Positions 18,706 through 28,452 of a stretch of 64,000 nt of DNA are shown here, one piece after another. The position numbers and the translations under genes were made by a program. The DNA lies in the NCBI GenBank assembly GCA_039768565.1, contig JBDNAG010000065.1:1977-65976 (forward strand), written 5' to 3'. Origin of the DNA: Akkermansiaceae bacterium. GTDB lineage: Bacteria; Verrucomicrobiota; Verrucomicrobiia; Verrucomicrobiales; Akkermansiaceae. The notes beneath the pieces were generated by a model that was given only the letters and a program-made list of their open reading frames with translations, did not search any database and was not told the origin of the DNA. Numbering within the stretch: the first letter of the stretch is position 1; each line of letters opens with the position of its first letter.

Positions 18706-19673
18706 GAAGATTTCTCAAGGCCCACCTTTTCAGCGACCAAAAACTCAGGACGCCCCTTCACTTCGGTATAAATTCGATTGAGATACTCTCCAATCACTCC
18801 AAGGAAGAGCAACTGCACCCCCCCCAAAAAGAGGATGGTCACAATGGTGGCAGCAAAACCGGGCACGATTGGCAGGCCCATCTCGCGAAATGGAGCCGGA
18901 TATAGCTTCTGCACAATGAAGAACATTGCTCCCAACGCTGAGAAAAACGAGACCACCAACCCGACATACGATGCCAATCGCAGAGGAACTCCACTGAAGG
19001 AAAAAAGTCCATCACTCGCCAATCCAAGCAACTTTTTAAAAGTATACTTCGGCTCACCTGCGAAACGTGCACTGCGCTCGTATTCCAACCCGGTTTGCCG
19101 AAAACCCGACCAAGCCCGCAACCCGCGAAGAAAGCGATTTTTTTCGGGGAACGCAACCAGTGTATCAACAACCTTACGGTCAAGCAGACTAAAGTCACCG
19201 GAATCGAGCGGGAAATCCTCGATCTCGGTCATCGACTTCATCAGGCGATAAAAACAAAAATAGGCAGCCCGCTTAAAGATTCCTTCCTTCCGTTTTTTGC
19301 GCACCGCATAAATCACTTCGAAACCCTCACGCCATTTGTCGATGAGGTCTGAAATCAACTCGGGAGGATCCTGAAGGTCCGCATCAATGATTGCCACAAC
19401 TTCTCCGGTGACAGATTCCAAACCCGCTGAAACCGCTGCCTGATGCCCAAAATTCCGGCTCAAGATTACGAGCTTCCAACAAGGATTCCTTTCGTTCTGC
19501 TCACGGAGTAATTCAACCGTGCGATCGCTCGAGCCATCGTCGATACAAACCACTTCATAATCCTCGGGCCAATCTCCCGAGATCTTTTCGATCCTCTCAA
19601 AGAGAGCCGGCAGTGAATCCTCCTCGTTATAGCACGGGACGATCACACTCAGTGATTTAGGACTCTCTTTCAT
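18702..19673 (-). CDS. GT2 polyprenyl-phosphate glycosyltransferase (GtrB/ArnC/DPM1-like)
   Basis: SVIVPCYNEEDSL, DDGSSDRT, IDADLQDPPE and two C-terminal TM helices. The start is set at M85 (MKESPKSL), because the longer ORF would overlap the upstream gene. Confidence 0.85.
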   Translation of the reverse strand: MKESPKSLSVIVPCYNEEDSLPALFERIEKISGDWPEDYEVVCIDDGSSDRTVELLREQNERNPCWKLVILSRNFGHQAAVSAGLESVTGEVVAIIDADLQDPPELISDLIDKWREGFEVIYAVRKKRKEGIFKRAAYFCFYRLMKSMTEIEDFPLDSGDFSLLDRKVVDTLVAFPEKNRFLRGLRAWSGFRQTGLEYERSARFAGEPKYTFKKLLGLASDGLFSFSGVPLRLASYVGLVVSFFSALGAMFFIVQKLYPAPFREMGLPIVPGFAATIVTILFLGGVQLLFLGVIGEYLNRIYTEVKGRPEFLVAEKVGLEKSS

Positions 19674-19719
19674 ACGCAGGAGCGGAACTCTAACACTCGA
19701 AAACCTGACACGCAATCCC

Positions 19720-21903
19720 TCACGGCTCTTGAATGACGAGGTTAAACTCGGAGAACAATCGTCCCGGAGCATCAGGAAATTTTTGGAGTAGCAAATCCAA
19801 CCATTCGGATGATTCCTCTGGTTCCATAACACTGCCATTCGGCCCAATAATGTCATCCAAATGAATCTCTTCTGGAGGACCGTAGGAGAAGGGATTTTCC
19901 CAGCGAAAAGTCGCAACCCAACCATCTCGATACCAGGCCATGCAAACTCCGCTCACTCCGGTATTACAGGCGAACGACATCTGGGTTCGCTCCTCTTCGG
20001 ACGCCCTCAGAAGAGAGCTCCCGGGCATTCCGGGGATCTCGGGGAGTTTAAGCAAGTCGCGCAAGCTTGGCAAAAGATCGAGATGTGACGCCGAAGGCTG
20101 GGACGGAGCCTCCACTCCTTTTGGCCACTTGATCAGAAGCGGCACCTGTGTTTGGGCAGGCAACAGGGATGAACTGTGGAACCAACTTCCGTTCTCGTAA
20201 AATTCCTCCCCATGATCTCCGGTCACGATGATCACACTCTCATCGTATCGGCCCTGTCTCTTGAGTTCCAAAACGAATTCCTCCACTTGAAAATCAACCC
20301 ACGATACGGAGTTGTGATAACGCCTTTTGATTGACGCGATATCCTCGTCATTTGGAAATCCGGGCACCCCTGCATCGTCGTGATAATCAGTATAGGGAGG
20401 ATTAAAATCCTCGTGCCACCGGTATCCATAATGAGTGGAATCGAGAGCAATAAAGTGAAAATTCCCGCTGGAAGGAGCCGACTTCAAGGCCTCGATCGTA
20501 GCAGCAAACGAAGCCTTCTCACGTTGTGGAATCTGATCATAATAATCCTGCCAATGAATCTCACCGGCGGGCGATTGTTCATAAACTCGAAACAATTCGT
20601 GATTCGTTCCGAAGCTTGTCGCGCCCATGTTTCGATAGGACAGATCGCAAACCGTCCGGATCTCCATCCGGTATTCGGCCTGTTGGAGTTGTCGAAACCA
20701 AGATGGTGTCGCCAGTACGCTTTCACTGACAGACTCAGCCTTATCGCCCGCCCAAAATACCGGAAGGACACCGTGAAACAATCCATACCATGACAGGGCG
20801 GTTGAATTCGAAGAGGCCCAGGTTGTTCCAATTTGCTGGCATTCATTATCACGAAAATCCGTGAGAAAAGGAGCGTGTTCCAGCGCGATGGCATCCTGAC
20901 GAGTGCTCTCCACCATAATAACGAAAATGTCGGGACGCTTAACCTCCGGGCCCACCTCTTCCGTCGCAATCCCTAGCTCGATCACCGCCTTCGGATAAAA
21001 CTTAACGTTAAACTCAGCCACCCCCAGCGGAGGCTCGAAACCAGCAATGACATGAACATCATAGACGTTGTGCCCCCATCTTTGAGCATTGCGGGACTTC
21101 CAACTGGTTCCAACCACCTTCTCGGCCCAAACACCTCCCCAGAGACCGCCCAGAAAAACCAGTAAAATCCAGCGCGGCATTCGAAGGCGTGAAGCCCAGT
21201 CGCGGGCAGCCAGCCAGTGAAAGAACAGGTAGAAAAGCCAGACCACCAAAAGAAAAACTAATACAACAGCCCAGGGAGGAACCGGAACACCGCTCGATGC
21301 AAGATTCGAACTAAGATCAAAGCTCCCCATCCCATCCAACTGATTGAGCAAATTGATGACCGGATTTTTCCAGTAAAGAATGGCCACGAAATCTGCCAAC
21401 ATTACGAATGGCAAAAACGCTGCCACCACCCAGGGCCAACGACGCATGCGCTTCGGAGCCAGAGCCCCAGCCAGACCACATGCCAGCCAGTATATCCCAA
21501 CCACGACTGCACCCGTAAGGACGCGGCCGAACATCGTACTCATCTTCTCAACCAGAGTGAACCGGAAGCCTTCCAAAAAGAGATAATCGTGGAATCCAAA
21601 AACACCCACAGAAAGCACGAACCACATCCAATGAAACTGATGATGCTCGGCACACCACCGACGAAAACTCCCGATCATAGTGCGCCCCGAAAACTTGATC
21701 CAGAGCAGGCCACCAATTACAGCCCCAATTAGCGCCCACCAAATCGCCAGAATAACATTGTCGCCAAAATTCCCGGAACCAAGAACCCATGGAGCCCGTG
21801 GGCCATTGAAGCCGATCGCCACAAAGAACGGGAGCAATCCGAGCACGATCCCCCCCAACCAAAAGGGACCATGCCAACGTTCACTCAATTTACGATTCAT
21901 CAC
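19720..21903 (-). CDS. Membrane-anchored sulfatase-fold transferase (LtaS/OpgB-like, alkaline-phosphatase superfamily)
   Basis: N-terminal multi-TM region of about 290 aa followed by the sulfatase-fold motifs IFVIMVESTRQD, LDSTHYGY and IIVTGDHGEEF. Confidence 0.75.
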   Translation of the reverse strand: MMNRKLSERWHGPFWLGGIVLGLLPFFVAIGFNGPRAPWVLGSGNFGDNVILAIWWALIGAVIGGLLWIKFSGRTMIGSFRRWCAEHHQFHWMWFVLSVGVFGFHDYLFLEGFRFTLVEKMSTMFGRVLTGAVVVGIYWLACGLAGALAPKRMRRWPWVVAAFLPFVMLADFVAILYWKNPVINLLNQLDGMGSFDLSSNLASSGVPVPPWAVVLVFLLVVWLFYLFFHWLAARDWASRLRMPRWILLVFLGGLWGGVWAEKVVGTSWKSRNAQRWGHNVYDVHVIAGFEPPLGVAEFNVKFYPKAVIELGIATEEVGPEVKRPDIFVIMVESTRQDAIALEHAPFLTDFRDNECQQIGTTWASSNSTALSWYGLFHGVLPVFWAGDKAESVSESVLATPSWFRQLQQAEYRMEIRTVCDLSYRNMGATSFGTNHELFRVYEQSPAGEIHWQDYYDQIPQREKASFAATIEALKSAPSSGNFHFIALDSTHYGYRWHEDFNPPYTDYHDDAGVPGFPNDEDIASIKRRYHNSVSWVDFQVEEFVLELKRQGRYDESVIIVTGDHGEEFYENGSWFHSSSLLPAQTQVPLLIKWPKGVEAPSQPSASHLDLLPSLRDLLKLPEIPGMPGSSLLRASEEERTQMSFACNTGVSGVCMAWYRDGWVATFRWENPFSYGPPEEIHLDDIIGPNGSVMEPEESSEWLDLLLQKFPDAPGRLFSEFNLVIQEP

Positions 21904-21958
21904 GAATCCGCCTCAGCGGGGAGACGTAATAGCATGTCAACCCCGCCGAAGCAACAAT

Positions 21959-21986
21959 CCCGCCGTTCCAGAAAATGGCGGGTTTT
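21959..21986. terminator. GC hairpin between two minus-strand genes (weak terminator candidate)
   Basis: CCCGCC (21959-21964) pairs with GGCGGG (21977-21982). The T-run lies on the plus-strand side only. On the minus strand the trailing sequence is AUUGUUGCUU, so function for the upstream minus-strand gene is uncertain. Confidence 0.3.
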
Positions 21987-22016
21987 ATAACCCTAGCATA
22001 AGTCTACCACACCCTA

Positions 22017-23123
22017 TTAATTAGTCGAAAAGACCGCAGTAGCGGCCATGGCTGGATCTAGCCTTTGTTTAAAAGACTGTTGAATCGCATCACGCGTCCT
22101 CGTCACCTTGCCATTGTGAACCTCTTTGCCGTCAATGATCACTTTCACGGGTTCATCGAGGTTTAATAGCTCATCATTCAAAAAAAGAGTCAACGCGACA
22201 TCCCCAGCACCTTTCACCGAAATTGTCTGGCCCTTCACCGATGCCGTAACCACATCTTTTGGTTTTCCGCCAATCCAATAGAATCGCTCCGAACGTTTCC
22301 CGGTCTTTCCCCAAATCACTTTCTTAGGCCATGCCTTCCGGGTCTTGGTCGCCATCCACGGCACAGCCTCGGCATCTTTCTTCTCCATCCAATGACCCAT
22401 CTCAGGATAAATTGTCACCTTGTGCTCATAGCCGCCACGTTCCTTCTGCAACTTAGCCAATTTCTCCTTCCACTCCCCTGCAATTTTATTTCGCTTATAT
22501 GCAGCATCCTTCCCTCCCATATAGATTCGGAACGGGAGATTGTAGAGCCCATCTGCTGAGACTCCATTCGGATGCCCTGCCATCATGGTGGCAGCGCCAA
22601 ATCGATCTGCCATGCGGGGTGCCAGTTGATAAACACCATCGCCACCCGCCGAGTATCCCATCAGATAGACCCGGTTGGGGTCGACACCTTTGAGGGCAAC
22701 CATATCTTCAACGAGCTTGGAAAAGAGAGCATCGATGTGTCCTTCATGCCAGAGATTCCAGGTGTTGGTCGGGGCGCGTGGTGCCACATACCAACCTTCC
22801 TTAGGAACATAGAGTTGGATTTGATTATTCCACTGCTGATCATTCACACGGGCCGGAGCACCACCTCCTCCGTGCATTGAAATATAAAGAGCACGTTTTC
22901 CGGCCTCGGCTTCACCATAAAGCTTTCCTACACACTTCATCGTCTTCTCTGCCGTCTTGATCTCAAAATATTGAAAACCAGCCTTGGCCTCCTTCATCTC
23001 AAGCTCGCGCTTCTTCGAAAGTTCCTTGTATATTTCAGCCACTATTTTTGAAGCCTCTTCCTTGGTTAATTCCGCCCGAATCAATCCTGACAGAGCCAGA
23101 GCACAAAAAATGACAGTTTTCAT
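22017..23123 (-). CDS. Secreted alpha/beta hydrolase (esterase/depolymerase-like)
   Basis: Signal peptide MKTVIFCALALSGLIRA, HGGGG oxyanion-type motif, and nucleophile elbow GYSAGG. Confidence 0.7.
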   Translation of the reverse strand: MKTVIFCALALSGLIRAELTKEEASKIVAEIYKELSKKRELEMKEAKAGFQYFEIKTAEKTMKCVGKLYGEAEAGKRALYISMHGGGGAPARVNDQQWNNQIQLYVPKEGWYVAPRAPTNTWNLWHEGHIDALFSKLVEDMVALKGVDPNRVYLMGYSAGGDGVYQLAPRMADRFGAATMMAGHPNGVSADGLYNLPFRIYMGGKDAAYKRNKIAGEWKEKLAKLQKERGGYEHKVTIYPEMGHWMEKKDAEAVPWMATKTRKAWPKKVIWGKTGKRSERFYWIGGKPKDVVTASVKGQTISVKGAGDVALTLFLNDELLNLDEPVKVIIDGKEVHNGKVTRTRDAIQQSFKQRLDPAMAATAVFSTN

Positions 23124-23698
23124 GGGGAAGAACCTGCCCCTTAAACCAGAGTGATACCAATTTTTTCTATCATCTCCGAAAGATTTCCAAAAGACTTGTA
23201 AAATGAATTTTTATCAGCGCTCTGGCTACCACGATCACCAGATGGCATTGCCCAACAAGTCAAAACCCTATCACGACAGGAACAGATTGGTTCAACCAAC
23301 CAAACTACCACAAGATCAAAAACCCAGCCGCAAGGATGACTCAAAATCCAATAGGGAAATGACAAGCACAGCAAAGACCGGCCGCTTGAAATCCAGATCA
23401 GTATCGCCACTCCAGCCCAAACCACCCCGCTCCATGAACGAGTTGATACAGAGCAAAGAAGGCAATTCCCCCATCAAAGAAAGAATCAAGATAGGGCTTC
23501 TATCTAATACAGGGAATTCATCGAAGCAATGGACCTTTCAGAGGGCGAAACTTAGTATTTTAGAGAACCCCTAACCAAGTGTCTCCTGAACCAACAGCAA
23601 TTAATCTTTAAGTGGATGCAAGCCAGCGAAGACGTCAAACAGAAGATCGCCAAATAGCAAATGAGAATGTTAAGGTTCGAAATCGAAAAAAAGTAGCC

Positions 23699-24754
23699 AT
23701 GAAACCTAGCCTGAAAATAGGAATTATCGGAAGTGGCTTCATCGTCAGCGATTGTCATCTCCCTGCCTATCGAAATCTTGGGCTCAATATCGCCGCGATC
23801 GCTTCGCGAACCCATGCACATGCTCTCAAGATCGCCAATCTTCATAAAATCTCGACGGTTTATCAAGACATCGACGCCCTTCTCGATGATCCGACCCTCG
23901 AAATTCTCGACATCGCGATCCCCCCTCAACATCAGCCGGAACTCATCCTCGCTGCCTGCCAACGGGGCATCGTAAAAGGTATCCTGGCCCAAAAACCTCT
24001 TGCTTTAGACTTTGACACCTCGCGAGTCCTAGTCGAAGCCTGCGAGGCCGCTGGTATCGTCCTCGCTGTGAATCAAAATATGCGCTTTGACCCATCAGTG
24101 GTTGAAGCATCATCACTCCTCAGGGAAGGGCGATTGGGAGATCCGGTCTTCACCACCATCAACATGCGTGGCATCCCTCATTGGCAGCCGTGGCAGGCCG
24201 AGCTCGAATCCGCCACGCTCAAGATCATGTCTATTCATCACTTCGACTGCCTTCGCCATTGGCACGGTGATCCGGAAGCGATCTATTGCAGCACCCGCAC
24301 CGACCCACGCACTACCTTTCCCCACCACGATGGCATTTGCACCAGCATTCTCGAATATGCCAATGGCTTCCGGGCCACTATTATCGATGACGTGTGGACC
24401 GGACCGGCACAAGAAGGCTGCCCGTCCGATATCGATATCGAATTTCGTATCGAGGGAACCAAAGGTCTCGCCATTGGTAAAATCGGTTGGTGTCAGGATC
24501 CTTACACAAGTCCATCCACTCTCCGCCATGCCGCGATTGGGGATTCCGGGTTCGTTACATCTGATCTTAAGGGAAGTTGGTTTCCCGACGCATTCGGCGG
24601 CGTAATGTTAGACCTCATAAATGCTCTTCAAAACGATTCACAACTCACTCTTTGCGGTCGAGATAATCTGAAAACCATTGCCTTGGTCGAAGCAGCAGTC
24701 ATCAGCTCCACCGAGAAACGACGTATTCTTCTCGACGAAATTTTTCACTCTTAA
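23699..24754 (+). CDS. Gfo/Idh/MocA-family NAD(P)-dependent oxidoreductase
   Basis: MKPSLKIGIIGSGFI Rossmann start. The ATG at 23699 was chosen over the upstream in-frame GTG. Confidence 0.8.
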   Translation: MKPSLKIGIIGSGFIVSDCHLPAYRNLGLNIAAIASRTHAHALKIANLHKISTVYQDIDALLDDPTLEILDIAIPPQHQPELILAACQRGIVKGILAQKPLALDFDTSRVLVEACEAAGIVLAVNQNMRFDPSVVEASSLLREGRLGDPVFTTINMRGIPHWQPWQAELESATLKIMSIHHFDCLRHWHGDPEAIYCSTRTDPRTTFPHHDGICTSILEYANGFRATIIDDVWTGPAQEGCPSDIDIEFRIEGTKGLAIGKIGWCQDPYTSPSTLRHAAIGDSGFVTSDLKGSWFPDAFGGVMLDLINALQNDSQLTLCGRDNLKTIALVEAAVISSTEKRRILLDEIFHS

Positions 24755-24766
24755 AAGCTTCTCTAC

Positions 24767-25588
24767 ATGAAACTTGGAATTATCAACAGCGCCTTCAGTC
24801 AAGCTGGAGTCGACACCATCACCGGACTTGAGCACATCGCACGAATCGGCTTCGACTCGGTCGATATCTTCACCGAGCCAACTAGGATTTCGGCTGATGA
24901 AGTCTCGGCAATTACGAAAACCTGCGAAGTCAGGAATCTTCCAATCCTTTCTCTTCCCGTCGTTGCAATCGGACTGATCGATTTTAACGATCCCGTCCGT
25001 GAATATCACATTTCCCGTTGTAAGGAGTTCATCGACCTCGCCGCCCATTGGGGTGCCAGCAACATCCTCCTCGTGCTTGGCGAATACCTATGGCAACGGG
25101 AAGTGATTCCTCCGGAGGAACAGTGGCGCTGGGGCCTGGAGTCCTGTCGAGTTCTGGGTGATTATGCCGATAGCAAAGGAGTTGATATTGCTCTCGAACT
25201 CGAACCTTTTCGTCTCAGCCTTCTGAGCAGTATCGATGAAATGTCACGCTTTGTTCGCGAATGTGACCACCAGCGTGTCAGAGCCAATATTGACATTTCC
25301 CACCTCGTCCTCGCCGATAACGGTCCCGAAGAAGTTTGCAAACTCAAAGATCAGGCCATACACGTACACATCAGTGACTGTGATGGAAAAGTCCACGGTG
25401 ACCTTCCCCCAGGCCGGGGGATTGTTAAATTCGCACCTTACTTGCAGGCGATCAAAGAACTAAGCATCGATGGAGCCATCTCCATCGAACTGGAATATTC
25501 TCCCGATCCAAACCGTATCGTCGAATGGGTTGAGGAAGCTTACACGCAAACAGCCCGCCTCATGGATCAAGTTGGTCTTAGAGAATAG
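24767..25588 (+). CDS. Xylose-isomerase-like TIM-barrel protein (sugar phosphate isomerase/epimerase family)
   Basis: Length and pattern (IALELEP, HVHISDCDG, ISIELEY metal-ligand Glu/His/Asp positions) typical of the AP_endonuc_2 TIM-barrel family. Confidence 0.7.
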   Translation: MKLGIINSAFSQAGVDTITGLEHIARIGFDSVDIFTEPTRISADEVSAITKTCEVRNLPILSLPVVAIGLIDFNDPVREYHISRCKEFIDLAAHWGASNILLVLGEYLWQREVIPPEEQWRWGLESCRVLGDYADSKGVDIALELEPFRLSLLSSIDEMSRFVRECDHQRVRANIDISHLVLADNGPEEVCKLKDQAIHVHISDCDGKVHGDLPPGRGIVKFAPYLQAIKELSIDGAISIELEYSPDPNRIVEWVEEAYTQTARLMDQVGLRE

Positions 25589-25601
25589 TCACACAGAAAT
25601 C

Positions 25602-27026
25602 ATGTCCACCACCACCAAACCAACGGATCAGGTCGCCTTTCCCGACCCGTCGGTTTACTTGTTGAACCACAAAAATTCTCAAATAGCGATAAAGGCCGGA
25701 CTGGCTGAGGCCGAGTGGTATCAAAGCCCGGTTCCCCGTGCGAAGATGCGCAAATTACTCGTTCGCCGCGATGGCCTCGCACTGCGTGACACATTAATAT
25801 GGTTTAGCCTGATCTTCTCACTTGCCGCAGCAACCATTAGTCTTTGGGGGACATGGTGGATCATCGCGCCTTACCTGATTTATGCCGCTCTCTTTGCTGG
25901 AAGTGCCGACGCCCGCTGGCACGAAAGTCTGCATGGCACTGCCTTCAAAACCGATTGGATGAACAGCGCTCTTTACGAGATCGCCTCTTTCATGGTGCTT
26001 CGCGAATCAACAGTTTGGCGATGGTCCCACACTCGGCATCACAGCGACACCATTATCGTGGGCCGCGATCCCGAGATTGCAGCACCTCGGCCTCCTGACA
26101 TCACAGGTATGCTCCTCGGCTGCTTCGCCATCAAACGCTACCCCAAATACTTTGGTAATCTTCTCCACCATGCCCGTGGTCAACTTGGTGAGCGAGAGCG
26201 TGAGTTTATTCCAGACGATGAACATCCAAAAGTCTTTCGGACCGCCCGCATTCATCTTGCACTTTACCTTCTTGTAATTGTCATCGCTCTCGCTTCCCGA
26301 AGTATCCTCCCCCTCCTCCTCGTCGGGCTCCCAAACCTCTTCGGCACATGGTTGATGTCGCTTTACGGGCTCACCCAACACACCGGCCTTGCCGAAAATG
26401 TTCTCGATCACCGGCTCAACTCACGAACCTTCCTCACCAACATCGTAAACCGGTTCCTTTATCTCAATATGAACTACCATGTTGAGCACCATATGTTCCC
26501 CCTCGTTCCCTATTACAATCTCCCCAGCCTTCATGAAATTATAAAAGAGGATTGCCCCGCTCCTTACCCGAGCCTGTGGGCCTGCTGGAAAGAAATCATT
26601 CCAACAGTCGCCCGACAAACCGAACAACCAGGACACCATGTCAGAAGGGCTCTGCCTACCAACGCCGGCCGCGAACAGAAGCACGCCATCAGACCACCAT
26701 CTCCTGCAAACGCCGAGGGTTGGTTCGAAATCTGCGCCTCATCAGCCTTGGAAAGCTCCGAGGTCATCCGCGTCGATTGCAACAACCAAACCTACGCGAT
26801 CTATCGAGACAGTGAAGGAGAACTCTTTGCAACCGATGGCATTTGCACTCATGGAAAAACCCATCTCGCCGACGGATTCGTCATCGAAAAAATGATTGAG
26901 TGCCCGAAACACAACGGGCGCTTTAACCTCCAGGACGGAAGTCCGGCACGCCGCCCCGCTTGCAAAGCACTACATACCCATGAAGTGAACGAAGCCAACG
27001 GTCGAATCAAATTCCGCCCTTCATGA
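25602..27026 (+). CDS. Membrane fatty-acid-desaturase-family di-iron oxygenase fused to a C-terminal Rieske [2Fe-2S] domain
   Basis: His boxes HESLH, HTRHH and HVEHH with TM helices. The C-terminal 100 aa carry CTHGKTHL...CPKHNGRF (CxH...CxxH). The ATG at 25602 follows the previous stop by 13 nt. Confidence 0.8.
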   Translation: MSTTTKPTDQVAFPDPSVYLLNHKNSQIAIKAGLAEAEWYQSPVPRAKMRKLLVRRDGLALRDTLIWFSLIFSLAAATISLWGTWWIIAPYLIYAALFAGSADARWHESLHGTAFKTDWMNSALYEIASFMVLRESTVWRWSHTRHHSDTIIVGRDPEIAAPRPPDITGMLLGCFAIKRYPKYFGNLLHHARGQLGEREREFIPDDEHPKVFRTARIHLALYLLVIVIALASRSILPLLLVGLPNLFGTWLMSLYGLTQHTGLAENVLDHRLNSRTFLTNIVNRFLYLNMNYHVEHHMFPLVPYYNLPSLHEIIKEDCPAPYPSLWACWKEIIPTVARQTEQPGHHVRRALPTNAGREQKHAIRPPSPANAEGWFEICASSALESSEVIRVDCNNQTYAIYRDSEGELFATDGICTHGKTHLADGFVIEKMIECPKHNGRFNLQDGSPARRPACKALHTHEVNEANGRIKFRPS

Positions 27027-27037
27027 TTTTTGAAATT

Positions 27038-27967
27038 CTATTTCGAAGCAGCTCTAAGAACCGGCGCAAGAAACTTGAAGAGTTCCTCTCCAGAAATTGT
27101 GTAAGCCTCATAACTCGAGTGCCCACAACCAGGGATTAGCAAATGCCTGTGCTTGATCCCCAACGATTTCAAATACTTTGAGTAAGCAACATTGCCCTCC
27201 CAATTAAAATCCTTGCTGGTATCTCCGCTATAGAGCAGCAGCTTTATCGGTCTTTCCTCCTTCTTTTCCACATATTTCCTTGCCAGCGTGTAGGCATCAT
27301 CTCCGGGCGAAAACTGCCTATCCTCGCTCTCCTTGCCAGCCTCCCGACTGATTCGCAACTCCGTCGCAAGCCCCGCGGAACCAGCCGAAGCGGCCACAAA
27401 GATCTCCGGATAACGGAAAGCAGTGCGCAGCGTTCCACGACCGCCTTGCGAATATCCTTCAAGGATCCGCCCCTTTCGTCTGGCGATCGTGCGATACGTT
27501 TTATCTATATGGGGAATGAGCTCTTTGGCAAAAGCGGAATTCCCCTTTGTCCCGACTTCCTTGCCCAAACTCCTGATGGGAGTTGGATAATCATAGTGAC
27601 TTACCGGGCCACCGTTCACGAAAACATAAATCGTAGGTGGAATGATCTCCTTCTCGATTGCCTCATTCACAAAGCCTGCCATTCGGAGAAGCTTTGATTC
27701 ACTTCCCGGACGACCACCGTGCAAAAGATACACCACGGGGAAACGTTGATCCTTCTCAATTTCATAAACCTCGGGCAGGAGGATATTGTAGCCCACTGCT
27801 GCCTTGTTCAACTTGCTCTCGAAGGTCCCATGTTTGACCCGCTCTTTCTCATACTTGGCCGGCAGCAGATTATTCCAACGAAATGGGGGCTGCTTCTTTT
27901 TGCCGGGCTTTTGCTGGGCATGGAGAGACACGCATGAAAGAGCCAATGTCAGCACAATAATTTTCAT
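27038..27967 (-). CDS. Secreted esterase (esterase D / CE1-like alpha/beta hydrolase)
   Basis: Signal peptide MKIIVLTLALSCVSLHA, HGG motif (YLLHGGRPG), nucleophile GYSQGG, and a C-terminal His (GCGHSS). Confidence 0.75.
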   Translation of the reverse strand: MKIIVLTLALSCVSLHAQQKPGKKKQPPFRWNNLLPAKYEKERVKHGTFESKLNKAAVGYNILLPEVYEIEKDQRFPVVYLLHGGRPGSESKLLRMAGFVNEAIEKEIIPPTIYVFVNGGPVSHYDYPTPIRSLGKEVGTKGNSAFAKELIPHIDKTYRTIARRKGRILEGYSQGGRGTLRTAFRYPEIFVAASAGSAGLATELRISREAGKESEDRQFSPGDDAYTLARKYVEKKEERPIKLLLYSGDTSKDFNWEGNVAYSKYLKSLGIKHRHLLIPGCGHSSYEAYTISGEELFKFLAPVLRAASK

Positions 27968-28288
27968 CAAGTGAACAAATGACAGGATCACCAAATTCCC
28001 TCAAGTCAGATTGCTTTTAAGCACGCTATCGAGATTGAATGAATCCACAAACGGCATCAAGGATGTGGCCAAGGGCTTTGGTATAATTTTCAACTCAATA
28101 AGAAGCCAGGGGTTGTCCTCATTCTTCGCAGGCCGGATGATAAAAAGATTATCCCCCAGATTCAGTCCCTTACCGACCACCAAGGCATCGTCCTAGATAT
28201 TTGGGCCATCGCACTCGAGCAGCTTAAAGCTCTCCTTGGTTCCCTCCAAAAAAAAAGACTACCGAAATGGGCAGTCTCAAGAGCAAAG

Positions 28289-28365
<77 letters not shown>

Positions 28366-28452
28366 TCACTTCGAGGGCGGGAAACTGTGTCAGACAGCGA
28401 CATTTGGCAAGCCGAAATCACTGCCTTTCCCCAGAAAATATTCCCATCATGC

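Noticed and set aside
23124-23698. A 575-bp AT-richer gap with ORFs 23141-23425 (minus) and 23203-23574 (plus). Considered as a small membrane protein or ncRNA locus.
   Set aside because: Neither ORF has a motif, a convincing start context or coding-like composition, and no conserved RNA structure is recognisable by eye.
27995-28183. A 60-aa ORF ending in TGA in the same frame as the downstream esterase gene. Considered as a third Sec read-through candidate.
   Set aside because: The esterase has its own ATG and N-terminal signal peptide (MKIIVLTLALSCVSLHA) after the TGA, so a fusion would bury the signal peptide. The TGA is not at a Cys or redox position, and the upstream ORF is itself preceded by an in-frame TAG.
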